This document shows, one piece after another, positions 63,610 to 64,000 of a stretch of DNA of 64,000 nucleotides. The position numbers and the translations under genes were made by a program. This DNA is from Eledone cirrhosa (taxonomy: Eukaryota). How positions within the stretch are numbered: the first letter of the stretch is position 1; every line of letters begins with the position of its first letter. Under the pieces are notes generated by a model. The model did no database searches and had not been told where the DNA came from. It saw only the letters and a program-made list of their open reading frames with translations. The DNA lies in the NCBI GenBank assembly GCA_964016885.1, contig OZ024762.1, positions 19,902,001-19,966,000 on the forward strand, in the 5' to 3' direction.

Positions 63610-64000
63610 CCACAGCACATACCACACACCGCACACCACACACACACACCACAGCACACACCACAGCACACACCACACACCTCACTACACCACACACCAC
63701 ACACACACCTCACCACACCACAGCACACCACACACCACACACACACACACCACAGCACACACCACACCACACACCTCACCACAACACAGCACACACCACA
63801 CATACCACACCACAACACACACGCACAGCACACACCACACGCTCACACTACACATGCACAACACACACGCACAGCACACACCACACGCTCACACTACACA
63901 TGCACAACACACACGCACAGCACACACCACACGCTCACACTACACATGCACAACACACACGCACAGCACACACCACACGCTCACACTACACATGCACAAC
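63610..64000. repeat. CA-rich repeat resolving into a 46-bp tandem unit from about 63810
   Basis: GCTCACACTACACATGC recurs at 63841, 63887 and 63933. Confidence 0.9.

Overview
AT-rich, microsatellite-saturated eukaryotic DNA, most likely intronic or intergenic sequence from a coleoid cephalopod such as an octopus (inferred from the SINE repertoire, not from any marker gene). No intact, recognisable host gene is present, and almost all long ORFs in the track are artefacts of simple repeats. The window contains: (1) two tRNA-headed SINE families, here called SINE-A and SINE-B, often in tandem; (2) 5'-truncated RTE-clade LINEs of several subfamilies, two of them carrying a C4HC3 PHD-like finger inside the RT C-terminal region; (3) an RLE-type (R4/Dong/NeSL-like) LINE fragment; (4) many Penelope-like remnants wedged into (TA)n tracts, frequently as inverted repeats, which together carry about a dozen intact or decayed minimal hammerhead ribozymes, including core variants; (5) a piggyBac-type MITE; (6) minisatellites of 23, 28, 27-28, 39, 48, 56, 73 and 105 bp, several seeded from transposon sequence; (7) short unique islands that may be small exons of an unidentified + strand gene. 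The hammerhead collection and the modular LINE/SINE tail swapping are the best supported points of interest. All folds and alignments were done by eye, and boundaries are approximate unless stated.
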